A stretch of 64,000 nt of DNA from Candidatus Latescibacterota bacterium (GTDB taxonomy: Bacteria; Latescibacterota; UBA2968; UBA8231), in NCBI GenBank assembly GCA_965219385.1, contig CBDCNM010000002.1, forward strand, positions 3,978,305-4,042,304, given 5' to 3'. Numbering within the stretch: position 1 is the first letter of the stretch; the number at the start of each line of letters is the position of its first letter. Both the position numbers and the translations under genes were made by a program. Below are positions 18,831-27,522 of this stretch, one piece after another. The notes below the pieces were generated by a model that worked only from the letters and a program-made list of their open reading frames with translations, did no database searches and was not told where the DNA came from.

Positions 18831-21749
18831 ATGATAGTCTTACGTTGCCTCCTGATAATCTCCTTACTGGACTTTTCCGCCTGCGTTTATTTCAATACCT
18901 ACTACAATGCTCAGAAGTATTTCCGCCAGGCTGAGGAAGCTCGCAAGAAACAGGAATCCGAGCATCTCGAACTAGGGGACTCTCGCACCAGCACCAAGCG
19001 GGGATCCAGGGGAGGATCCAGAGGGCCTCATGGGCTGTACGAACAGGCGGCAGAAAAGGCCTGGAGCGTGATGGAAAAGTATCCCGAAAGCGATTTGGTG
19101 GATGATGCCGCCTTTCTCATGGGCAGGGCTTTTTACTGGCAGGGAAACTACCTTTACGCCATTCGCACCTTCAAAGATCTGGAGGACAAATTTCCCGCAA
19201 GCGAGTTTTACGACCGCGCCCGTTACTGGCGTGCGCTGTGCTACGAAGCCCAGGGGGACCCCCAGGCCAAGGAATTGTATCACTCTCTGCTCAGCGCCGG
19301 CCAGGGGAGAGTGGCCTACCAATCAGGATACAGGTTGGGTGAAATAGCCTTTGAGGAGGAAGACTTCCCAGCGGCTATTCAGGAGTACCAGAACACCCTG
19401 GAAGCCTTCCCCAAGGCCGACCTGCGAGCCGAACTCTACCTGCGTCTGGGAGAAGCCCTTGTCGCCCTGGAGGATTCAAGCCGCTACGATGAGAGCCTGA
19501 AAGCATTTGCCCAGGTTCGCAAAGAGTCTCCTTCTACCGAGGTGGAATATAAAGCTCGCCTGAACAAAGGGCGCGTGTTCTATGCCAAGAGGGATGTGGA
19601 AAGCGCCCTGGAAACCTACACCAGATTGCTGAAGGAATCGCGATTCCGGCCCTTTGAAGGACAGACGCGCCTGGCCATTGGCCAGTACTATCAGGATCGC
19701 CACCTCCTGGATGAAGCGCTCGGCGAATACGAGCAGGTGCGCGACGATTTTCCTCAGAGTGAAGCCTCGGCTATGGCGCTGTATCGCACTGGTCTGCTCT
19801 GCCTGCAGGAGTACGGCGATACCGAGCGGGCCGAGGAGTACTTCAAAGAGATTCAGGCGGAAAAGTCCGGCTCCGAGGCCTCCGTACTGGGGCAACGGAT
19901 TCTCAAGGATATGGCGGAGCTTGAGCGACTTCGCGTCCGCATTCATAAGGCAGACTCGCTGGCCATGGTTTCGGGCGTGGGAGCAGACTCGCTGGCGGCT
20001 CTGCAGGCAGGATCGGCGGATTCGCTGGCCGTCGTCGCCCCGGTGGATTCTCTGCAGGTTGGGAGCCGGCTGGATTCTCTGCAGGTTGGGAGCCGGCTGG
20101 ATTCTCTGCAGGTTGGGAGCCGGCTGGATTCGAATCAGAGCGGGGAGGAGCCGGCTGCCTGGTTTTTCGAACAGCCTCAAAAAGAGGCTGGAGAAACCGC
20201 CCTCAGCCAGGACAAAGAAGTGCTGGAGGATCTCTCTTCCATGGCTGAAATCTACCGTCACAAAATTGAACAACCCGACTCTGCTGCCCATTACTACCAG
20301 GAGATCATACGCCGTTTCCCGAATTCCGACCAGGTCCTCAGGGCGCTCTATGCGGTTGCCTGGATCCACCAAGAGATGAAGGAGGATCCCGAGGCGGCCA
20401 GACCCCATCTGGAACACATTGTCGAAGCCTATCCCGCCTCGGAACACGCCAATGCGGCCCGCCGCTACCTGGGCGGGGAAGTCCAGATCACAGCCGAGGA
20501 ACTGGCCGCCGCTGAATTCGTCCGCATTGAACAGGTATGGGTGGATGATACAAACGCTATCGAAGCCTATGTGCCTCTACTCGACAGCCTGAGCCAAGAC
20601 TATCCCGGCACCCGAGTGGGAGCACAGGCCGCTTTCCGGGCCGCCTGGAGCTACGAAAATATCCGGGGGGATACCCTCGAGGCCCAGAAGCGCTACGAGC
20701 GCCTTTTGGAAGAATTCCCCGGTTCGCATTTCGCTCAGCTGGTTGAAGATCGTCGCGCCAATCAAGATGCCGGGGTACTGACCAAGCTCGAACGCGGGAT
20801 CAAAGCCATTAGCGGCGGCTTCAGGCCAGGAGAGCGGATTGAGATCATTGCGGTAGAGCCGGATTCGGCCGATTCTGTGGTACTGGCCCGCAAGCACTTC
20901 CGCTTTGCCCTCAGGGCCTTTCTGCGCGGTGAGCTTGATAGCGCCCGCGAGCAGTGTGAATTAAGTCTCGAGCAAAGGGAGAGAAATCCCAATGTGCACT
21001 ACTACTTGGGCAACATCCTCTTGGAGGGAGGTTATATCCAGGATGCGATAGACCAGTACCACCAGGTACTGCACTTCGAAAGCAACCATCTCGGGGCCCA
21101 CTACCGTCTTTTTGCCGCTTATGTCACCGAAGGGGTGGCCGATTCGGCCAACCATTATCTGCACTGGATCATCAATAAAGACTCGCGCAATTTTCAGATT
21201 CAGTACCTGGTTGAGGAGCATCCTGAGTTGAGGCCCTCTGAGAGGGAGGAGGTGGATATATACACTTTGGAGAGCCTGAATTTGGTGCCTCCGGAGGACA
21301 ATTTGTTTCTGCGGCGAAGCGAACTCGGTCTGGAGGAATTGCCCTTGGTGCGAAAAATGGTACTGCCGGTTTACCCCGGAGAAGCGGGAGGGGATTCAGC
21401 TGAGGTTATACTGGATATTCTGGTGGGCAGGGACGGCAGACCTGAGACTGTCGAGGTTTTCAAAGGAGAGGAACCTTTCAGACAAGCTGCCGTGGCTGCT
21501 GCTCGGGATTACGTATTTTATCCTGCATCCAGACGTGCGAGGAGGGATGAAGAAAAAGAGGCGAGGGTTTGGGTCGAGCTGGTCCTGTGGGTAAAGCCTG
21601 GTGAGGCCCTGGCATCCGAGGAGGGCCACTCTGTTATTACCGGGAATATGGGTGCCGAAGCTGCCCCCGACAGCGTTTTCCAGGACACGATTTCGGTGCT
21701 TTCTGAAACGCCGAATAAGACAGAGGATCTCCAGGTCCAGCAAAAATGA
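18831..21749 (+). CDS. Exported tetratricopeptide-repeat protein with a TonB C-terminal-like domain
   Basis: Signal-like N-terminus followed by CVYFNTYYNA, many BamD/YfiO-like TPRs (FP.SE..A), and a C-terminal PVYP...VILDILVGRDG...AAVAAAR.YVF.PA segment. Confidence 0.8.
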   Translation: MIVLRCLLIISLLDFSACVYFNTYYNAQKYFRQAEEARKKQESEHLELGDSRTSTKRGSRGGSRGPHGLYEQAAEKAWSVMEKYPESDLVDDAAFLMGRAFYWQGNYLYAIRTFKDLEDKFPASEFYDRARYWRALCYEAQGDPQAKELYHSLLSAGQGRVAYQSGYRLGEIAFEEEDFPAAIQEYQNTLEAFPKADLRAELYLRLGEALVALEDSSRYDESLKAFAQVRKESPSTEVEYKARLNKGRVFYAKRDVESALETYTRLLKESRFRPFEGQTRLAIGQYYQDRHLLDEALGEYEQVRDDFPQSEASAMALYRTGLLCLQEYGDTERAEEYFKEIQAEKSGSEASVLGQRILKDMAELERLRVRIHKADSLAMVSGVGADSLAALQAGSADSLAVVAPVDSLQVGSRLDSLQVGSRLDSLQVGSRLDSNQSGEEPAAWFFEQPQKEAGETALSQDKEVLEDLSSMAEIYRHKIEQPDSAAHYYQEIIRRFPNSDQVLRALYAVAWIHQEMKEDPEAARPHLEHIVEAYPASEHANAARRYLGGEVQITAEELAAAEFVRIEQVWVDDTNAIEAYVPLLDSLSQDYPGTRVGAQAAFRAAWSYENIRGDTLEAQKRYERLLEEFPGSHFAQLVEDRRANQDAGVLTKLERGIKAISGGFRPGERIEIIAVEPDSADSVVLARKHFRFALRAFLRGELDSAREQCELSLEQRERNPNVHYYLGNILLEGGYIQDAIDQYHQVLHFESNHLGAHYRLFAAYVTEGVADSANHYLHWIINKDSRNFQIQYLVEEHPELRPSEREEVDIYTLESLNLVPPEDNLFLRRSELGLEELPLVRKMVLPVYPGEAGGDSAEVILDILVGRDGRPETVEVFKGEEPFRQAAVAAARDYVFYPASRRARRDEEKEARVWVELVLWVKPGEALASEEGHSVITGNMGAEAAPDSVFQDTISVLSETPNKTEDLQVQQK
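20044..20131 (+). repeat. 27-bp perfect tandem repeat x3.3 (encodes LDSLQVGSR)
   Basis: TGGATTCTCTGCAGGTTGGGAGCCGGC at 20044, 20071 and 20098, plus a partial copy. Confidence 0.95.
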
Positions 21750-22564
21750 GCGAATCCTGTATGAAAGATGAGCAGGCACGCGTGGTTTTCAACCTTGAAG
21801 TTGCCCAGGATTTTTATCAGGCTCGTCTGTTGGCTCCCCACATTGCAGCGGAGGTGGTGCCCGGTCAATTTGTAGAGGTGCAGGTTGGCAGGCAAGTTTC
21901 ACCCTTTCTGCGCCTTCCCCTCAGTATCTGCAACCGCGACCTGGATCAGGGCATGGTGGATCTGCTGTACGAAGACATGGGGCCCAAGAGCCATGTCCTG
22001 AGCCGGCTGCAGCCGGGCAGTGAGATAGCCTGTTTGGGTCCTCTGGGGCATGGGTTCAAGGGGCCGACAATAGACCATAATGTGTTGATGGTGGGGGGCG
22101 GAATTGGCACACCGCCCCTGCTTTTCCTGGGAGAAGAGCTGCGTCGTTCCGGCCATCAGGTCCGTCTGTTGGTTGGGGCCCGAGCAGCGGCGAAACACCT
22201 GCCGGACACCCTTTTGAATCCAGCGGCTCAGGTGGTGTTAAAAGCTACCGACGACGGCAGTCTTGGACACTGTGGTCTGGTCACGGATTTATTGCGGCAG
22301 GAATTGGAAAAGACAGAAAGGTGCTCGATCTATACTTGTGGCCCCCATGCCATGATGGCTGCAGTTGCAGGGGTATGTCAAGATTTCGATGTCCCCTGTC
22401 AGGCTTCTCTCGAAGAGTACATGGCCTGTGGTTTCGGTGTTTGCGTGGGTTGTGTAGTTGAGGTAATGCCTGCCGCTGACGGGACTCTGGCATCCCCCTA
22501 TACGCAGTACAGTCGGGTTTGTGTAGATGGTCCCGTTTTTGACGCCCGCCGGGTGTGCTGGTGA
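21746..22564 (+). CDS. pyrK: Dihydroorotate dehydrogenase electron transfer subunit
   Basis: PGQFV, GPLGHGF, GGGIG, CGPHAM, MACGFGVCVGC...VCVDGPVF. Confidence 0.93.
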   Translation: MSESCMKDEQARVVFNLEVAQDFYQARLLAPHIAAEVVPGQFVEVQVGRQVSPFLRLPLSICNRDLDQGMVDLLYEDMGPKSHVLSRLQPGSEIACLGPLGHGFKGPTIDHNVLMVGGGIGTPPLLFLGEELRRSGHQVRLLVGARAAAKHLPDTLLNPAAQVVLKATDDGSLGHCGLVTDLLRQELEKTERCSIYTCGPHAMMAAVAGVCQDFDVPCQASLEEYMACGFGVCVGCVVEVMPAADGTLASPYTQYSRVCVDGPVFDARRVCW

Positions 22565-23481
22565 GTAGAATGGTGGATTTAGGGATTGATTTTGCCGGGG
22601 TCAAGTTCAGGAATCCGGTTATGCTGGCTTCAGGTACCTGCGGCTATGGCCGGGAGTTTTCGCCTCTGACCGACCTGTCGCGCATCGGGGGATTGGTGAG
22701 CAAAACAATCACGCCCGAACCGCGTGCGGGGAACCCACCGCCGCGGATTGTCGAAACCCCGGCCGGTATGTTGAATTCGATCGGCCTGCAAAATCCGGGG
22801 TTGGAAGGTTTCATCCAGGAAAAGTGGCCATTCCTGTCCGAGCTCGATACCCAGGTGGTGGTCAATATTGCAGCACCCACGGCGGAACAGCATGGAGAAA
22901 TGGCCGCGCGCCTGGACGAGTTGGAGGGCATCGCCGCCCTTGAGATCAATATTTCCTCCCCCAACATGAAGGACGGGGGCATGCTCTTTGGCTGTAACCC
23001 TCAGGCTTCGGTAGCGGTGATCTCGGCAGTGCGTCGGGCGACCGATTTACCGGTGATTGCCAAGTTGACGCCGAATGTGACGGATATTGTGGAAATCGCT
23101 CGGGCGGTAGCAGGCGCCGGTGCAGACGGCATTTCGCTGATCAATACCCTCCTGGGCATGGCGATTAATACTTCGACACGGCGTCCTGTCCTGAGTAATA
23201 TCACCGGCGGGCTTTCGGGCCCGGCGATCAAGCCTGTTGCCTTGGCCATGGTCTGGAAGGTGAAACAGGCGGTTCAGATTCCCTTGATGGGAATGGGGGG
23301 CATTGCGACCATGGAAGACGCCCTGGAGTTTATGATTGCCGGCGCCGCTATGGTACAGGTGGGTACGGCCGGTTTTGTCAACCCCAATGCCGGGGTTGAA
23401 ATCGTCCAAGGCATTCACGATTACTGTGCCGAACGCGATATTGAACATATTGCTTCGCTCATAGGAAGCCTGGAAATATAG
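22561..23481 (+). CDS. pyrD: Dihydroorotate dehydrogenase family 1B catalytic subunit
   Basis: NPVMLASGT, GNPPPRI, MLNSIGLQNPG, KLTPNVTDI, GGLSGPAIKP. Confidence 0.95.
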   Translation: MSRMVDLGIDFAGVKFRNPVMLASGTCGYGREFSPLTDLSRIGGLVSKTITPEPRAGNPPPRIVETPAGMLNSIGLQNPGLEGFIQEKWPFLSELDTQVVVNIAAPTAEQHGEMAARLDELEGIAALEINISSPNMKDGGMLFGCNPQASVAVISAVRRATDLPVIAKLTPNVTDIVEIARAVAGAGADGISLINTLLGMAINTSTRRPVLSNITGGLSGPAIKPVALAMVWKVKQAVQIPLMGMGGIATMEDALEFMIAGAAMVQVGTAGFVNPNAGVEIVQGIHDYCAERDIEHIASLIGSLEI

Positions 23482-23531
23482 CACGGTTTTAATTTTACTC
23501 CCCCTCTTCCATTTCACCTGCACGGATCGAA

Positions 23532-24053
23532 ATGGTGCACAGGATCTGCAACTGGATCTGCGGCGCGCTATGTGTCATTGCACTGGTAAGTTGTGTGCCT
23601 CATCCCATATACCACTCCGGCGATGGCAAACAAAGGTCAACCGGGTCGCGGTCAACATTCAGGACTAAAAAGCCCCCCAAGACTCCGCCGATAATCACCC
23701 CTCCGGCTTCGACCGCTCATCCAGTGGATCCGGCCAAGATTTCCACTAAAGAGGCCTACCAGATCGGGATAGCTTCTTATTACGGTAAGAAATTTCATGG
23801 CCGCAAGACCGCCAATGGCGAAATCTTCAATATGTACAAACTCACGGCCGCACATCGGGTTTTGCCTCTGGGTACCTTCATTCGAGTGACCCATCTGGAA
23901 AATGGTCGTTGGGTGGAGGTCAAGGTTAACGACAGGGGGCCCTTTATCGAGGGGAGGATACTGGATTTGTCCTTTGCTGCAGCCCTTGAATTGGAGATGG
24001 TCCGGGCGGGCAAGGCAAAGGTGATGATCGAAATCGTCAAGCCGGTGGATTGA
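23532..24053 (+). CDS. rlpA: Septal ring lytic transglycosylase RlpA family lipoprotein
   Basis: Lipobox-like LVSC, GIASYYGKKFHGRKTANGE, AAHRVLP, VNDRGPF..GRILDLS. Confidence 0.92.
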   Translation: MVHRICNWICGALCVIALVSCVPHPIYHSGDGKQRSTGSRSTFRTKKPPKTPPIITPPASTAHPVDPAKISTKEAYQIGIASYYGKKFHGRKTANGEIFNMYKLTAAHRVLPLGTFIRVTHLENGRWVEVKVNDRGPFIEGRILDLSFAAALELEMVRAGKAKVMIEIVKPVD

Positions 24054-24342
24054 ATGCTTCGAGCGCATACTCGATCCACCCCATTCCCGCCCCCGTCCTG
24101 CTGCCACGCCCGCTCCCAGCCCCCACCGCCCTGCCGGCAATATTCCCTTCCAGCCTCGAGCCCAGTATGTTCACGCGGTTTCGTTATGGAGTGATTCTTC
24201 TTATCCAGAGTGGTGTGAAGGAAACGACACAGGATTGTTACGTGAACTACACACTTTTGGTACTCCCTCCATTTTGGTAAACTGCTTTTCGAAGGTTTCT
24301 CACAGGAGAGAGCTAAGGTGCCGAGTGCTTATCTGGGCTAAC

Positions 24343-24357
24343 TGGCACGGATTTTGC
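24343..24357 (+). promoter_or_regulatory. Candidate sigma54 (-24/-12) promoter
   Basis: TGGCACG-GATT-TTGC matches the TGGCACG-N4-TTGC consensus exactly. Confidence 0.5.
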
Positions 24358-24896
24358 GTTGCATTGGCGGCAGGTATGGGAGATCGTCGTTTGGATCATG
24401 ACGCACTCCAACAGATAGAGAACAAAAAGATAGAATCGAGATCGAACAACAAGACGACTAGGGCAAGAAAATCATGTATAAAACTGCCATTACCCAATTA
24501 TGAATTTACTGAACAGCCTATGAGGCAGGACAACAGCCACCTTTTCTCCTCGATTATGAAGTGACCCCATAGCGCTGGACACATTTAGTGGTGTTTGATC
24601 TAACGCCCGGCATGAAACGTAACCAGCACCAATCCTCATTTAATATTACTTTGTTGATTAGGAGTGCTGGTCCCATAAGTCCCTATTTTTCAGCAGATTA
24701 CCGAAAGGCTTGAAAGCGATCTGTTTGGGGTAATGCGCTGTTTCTTCGGACCTTACAGCACAAATCCTGATCGGTATTGGCCGAAAGATTGCGACCAAAA
24801 TAGGCAAAAATAGTGGACCAATGAGCACGTTATCCGCCAATTAACAAAGTAGTATTAATCGCTTGGGCAAAGGCCACCGCTCTTTCCGGGTATTTA

Positions 24897-25099
24897 CTGG
24901 ACTTTTGCAAATTTGACTTTTTGCGCGCTTTGCTGATATTGCTACAGCAATCGGCATGGAGTCCGCTAGCGACGTATTAAATGTCCAATATGTTGATTTT
25001 AAATTACTTATAGATGAAATAGGTCAAAGCGGTTCAATGGGCTGTCTTTTCGTGAAACGATGATTTTCTACAAATTTTCCGATTTTTGCAAAAGTCCAG
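24897..25099. mobile_element. 203-bp MITE-like non-autonomous element
   Basis: 15-bp perfect terminal inverted repeats CTGGACTTTTGCAAA / TTTGCAAAAGTCCAG, flanked by the direct repeat TATTTA (24891-24896 and 25100-25105). No coding capacity. Confidence 0.8.
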
Positions 25100-25348
25100 T
25101 ATTTATCTATAAAGGATGTCTTAAGGTCGGTTGCTGTCTTATCCAGCTAAACACACGATACAATCTGAAAAACATCGGTTTTTCAACGGCCTGCTAGACC
25201 CGAGGCCGAGTAGGTGGTACGCACATAGCGTTTAACCTGGACTTGGAGCCCTTCCTCCTGCATGATCCGTTGGACGCGTTTATGGTTGACCGCCACTCCG
25301 CTGGACTCTAAATGGTGAGTCAGCTTCCCATCCGAGTTTAATGTAGTA

Positions 25349-26857
25349 TTGAGGGCGGAGAGGGGAGCACGAAATGAGGATTCGTCAGTAAAATCTCACG
25401 CGAGGTGTCTCATTCCTATTGACACGGTCCGTTTTGCGCATATTCACCTCCCGGATGACGGCCAGGAGTTTCTGAAGGCACAGTTGGAGATGCTTGTTCA
25501 AGAACTGGAAGGAGCATCAGAGCCGGCACAGAAGGAGGCCGCGGCCAGTTTTCGGTCGGGGGAAGTGAGGTTCAAGAACTCCCAATATCGGGACGCTGCG
25601 AGGTTCTATCAGGCCTCCTTTGAAGCATTCGAGAGTCTGTCGGCCCTTCTAGCCCGAGGTGTGGCTCTGATGATGGTGTCGGAACTGACGGAAGCAGCTG
25701 AAGTATTTGAAGTGGGGCAAAAACTATCACAGACGCGAAAGGCCGCCAGCATGGAAGCGGCATTCGGAATCAATAGGGGACAGACATGCAACGATTTGGG
25801 TGAGCCAGTTCGGTCCCAAGAAGCCCTTGAAGAAGCACGGGATCTCTGCGAGGGGATTAAGGACCATGCGCTGGAAGTGATGGCGCTTCGGCATCTGGGG
25901 ACGGTTTTTCTGACGCAGGCTTTATATGATGAAGCACTGGAATGTTGTGAAGAGGCAATTCAGATTTCTAAGGACAAACGGGATAAGATAAGCCTTGGTC
26001 GTATCTTGTGTAATAAGGCTGTTATCCTTGCTTCTAAAGGAAATCTTAATGACGCTGAAGAAATTTTTCAGCAAGGACTTATGCTGGGGGAGGAATTGGA
26101 GGATCCATATATACGGGGACGAATCTACACGAATTTGGCAAGCCTTGACTTGACTCGTGGCAAGGCACAGAAGGCTACTTCTGCCTTAGAAAGAGCACTA
26201 GAAATTCATCGCAGCATCAGCTATCACCAAGGTGAAGCGAGAAACCTTGGAGAGCTTGCGTTTATTCAGATCGCCGAGGGTAATCTGGATATGGGACATC
26301 GTACATTTGAAAGTGCTATTAAAATTGATCGCAAGTTCGGGTACCGTCGAGGGGAAATAAGAGAACTATTGACGATGGCAAAGGTCGGACTTCGAGATAG
26401 TCAAATTGATAAGACACTACAGCTACTTCAGGCTGGTTATGACCTCGCCAAAGGGACATATCTTCGACACATTCAAGTTGGGACTTCCGTGATATTGGTC
26501 TCATTGATGACCGACATTTTGACGGAGGAGCGAATTTCTATGTTGGAAGATAATATGGAGCTTAGTAGGTCCATAAATAGCCCGGTGTTACAGATAGGAA
26601 TCTTCAACGCTCTTAGTGATCTCTATATAGTTTCGGGGCTGTTCGAAAAAGCGATAACTTGCTGTCAGAAAGCTGTTAAGGAAAGTCGAAAGATTGGTAA
26701 CTTGCTCGAGGAAGCAAAGTCACTTGTGATTCTTTCCCACATCCATGAGCAGATGGGAGAAAGAGAACTCGCAGAAGAGAATATGAGCTTCGCTCAAGCA
26801 TTGTTTCAAAGTCAGGCTATCATATTAGATCAACCGAGTGGATACTACGCGTACTAG
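25349..26857 (+). CDS. Tetratricopeptide-repeat protein (about 40-aa helical repeats); start uncertain
   Basis: Repeated patterns of the type LG..Y/F...G...A...Y/F..AL.I along the ORF. No catalytic motif recognised. Confidence 0.8.
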   Translation: MRAERGARNEDSSVKSHARCLIPIDTVRFAHIHLPDDGQEFLKAQLEMLVQELEGASEPAQKEAAASFRSGEVRFKNSQYRDAARFYQASFEAFESLSALLARGVALMMVSELTEAAEVFEVGQKLSQTRKAASMEAAFGINRGQTCNDLGEPVRSQEALEEARDLCEGIKDHALEVMALRHLGTVFLTQALYDEALECCEEAIQISKDKRDKISLGRILCNKAVILASKGNLNDAEEIFQQGLMLGEELEDPYIRGRIYTNLASLDLTRGKAQKATSALERALEIHRSISYHQGEARNLGELAFIQIAEGNLDMGHRTFESAIKIDRKFGYRRGEIRELLTMAKVGLRDSQIDKTLQLLQAGYDLAKGTYLRHIQVGTSVILVSLMTDILTEERISMLEDNMELSRSINSPVLQIGIFNALSDLYIVSGLFEKAITCCQKAVKESRKIGNLLEEAKSLVILSHIHEQMGERELAEENMSFAQALFQSQAIILDQPSGYYAY

Positions 26858-26990
26858 GTAAGATCCTGATCTATTCGTTTGTTCTGCCGGCTTGTGCATT
26901 AGGAGTTTGTTAAAACTCCCTAGGAAACCCGATTTGCTGCAGCGCTACCATCCGAACACACTTTCCTAATTTAGGAGAAAGGATGATTCT

Positions 26991-27260
26991 ATGGACCCGA
27001 AAAAGATAGCTTTGGTCAAACCTGCTCGCGGTAGTTATGATGTGGCTGCCTCTGCCGTGGCAACCTATGCCTACCTCCCTGAGTGGTTGCAATGTGTCGC
27101 TGGTGTATTAGGTGGCGCTATGGCGGCTGGCGGTCCAGCAGGGCTCGCCCTCAGGGTCGCTGTCGTTGCTAGTGGCTTGACAATGGGACCTGCACTCTGG
27201 CTGATGCTCGCTGCAACCGCTGCTGGAGGAGCCCTATTGGGCGCCACCAACTTCTGTTAA
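26991..27260 (+). CDS. Candidate bacteriocin/RiPP precursor (Gly/Ala-rich, Cys35 and C-terminal Cys89)
   Basis: Strong RBS (AGGAGAAAGGA). Core reads WLQCVAGVLGGA...AAGGALLGATNFC. First small gene ahead of transport and maturation genes. Confidence 0.75.
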   Translation: MDPKKIALVKPARGSYDVAASAVATYAYLPEWLQCVAGVLGGAMAAGGPAGLALRVAVVASGLTMGPALWLMLAATAAGGALLGATNFC

Positions 27261-27325
27261 AAACTTTAGCAGAAGTTGGTGCGTAGTACAGCAGTTCGCA
27301 TGCTTTTCCTTGTAGGTAGCGCTGC

Positions 27326-27357
27326 AGCACTTTCATCCCTCCACGGATGAAAGTGCT
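27326..27357 (+). terminator. Strong stem-loop downstream of the precursor gene
   Basis: 13-bp perfect stem AGCACTTTCATCC / GGATGAAAGTGCT with a 6-nt loop and no long U tail. Confidence 0.6.
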
Positions 27358-27522
27358 TGGAAAAGGGTGCAGTTGGCGGCACAGGAAGCCAAGAAAATTC
27401 ACCGGATATAATTCTCCCAACGAGTGATCACTCGACACTGCGCTGGCCATTGAAGCCAAGCTCCCGAAGGGGCTTCAAGAAACTTTTCGATCCAAAAGGG
27501 AAGCATCATTCATGCTGACTAA

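Noticed and set aside
20044..20131. Short direct repeats as a possible CRISPR array (also 37126-37178 and 54566-54617)
   Set aside because: The units are directly adjacent with no spacers, two of the three are in-frame coding repeats, and no cas genes are present.
24235..24840. Short ORFs in the island's left intergenic region as additional precursor peptides
   Set aside because: No similarity to the 89-aa precursor leader or core, weak RBSs and no bacteriocin-like composition.
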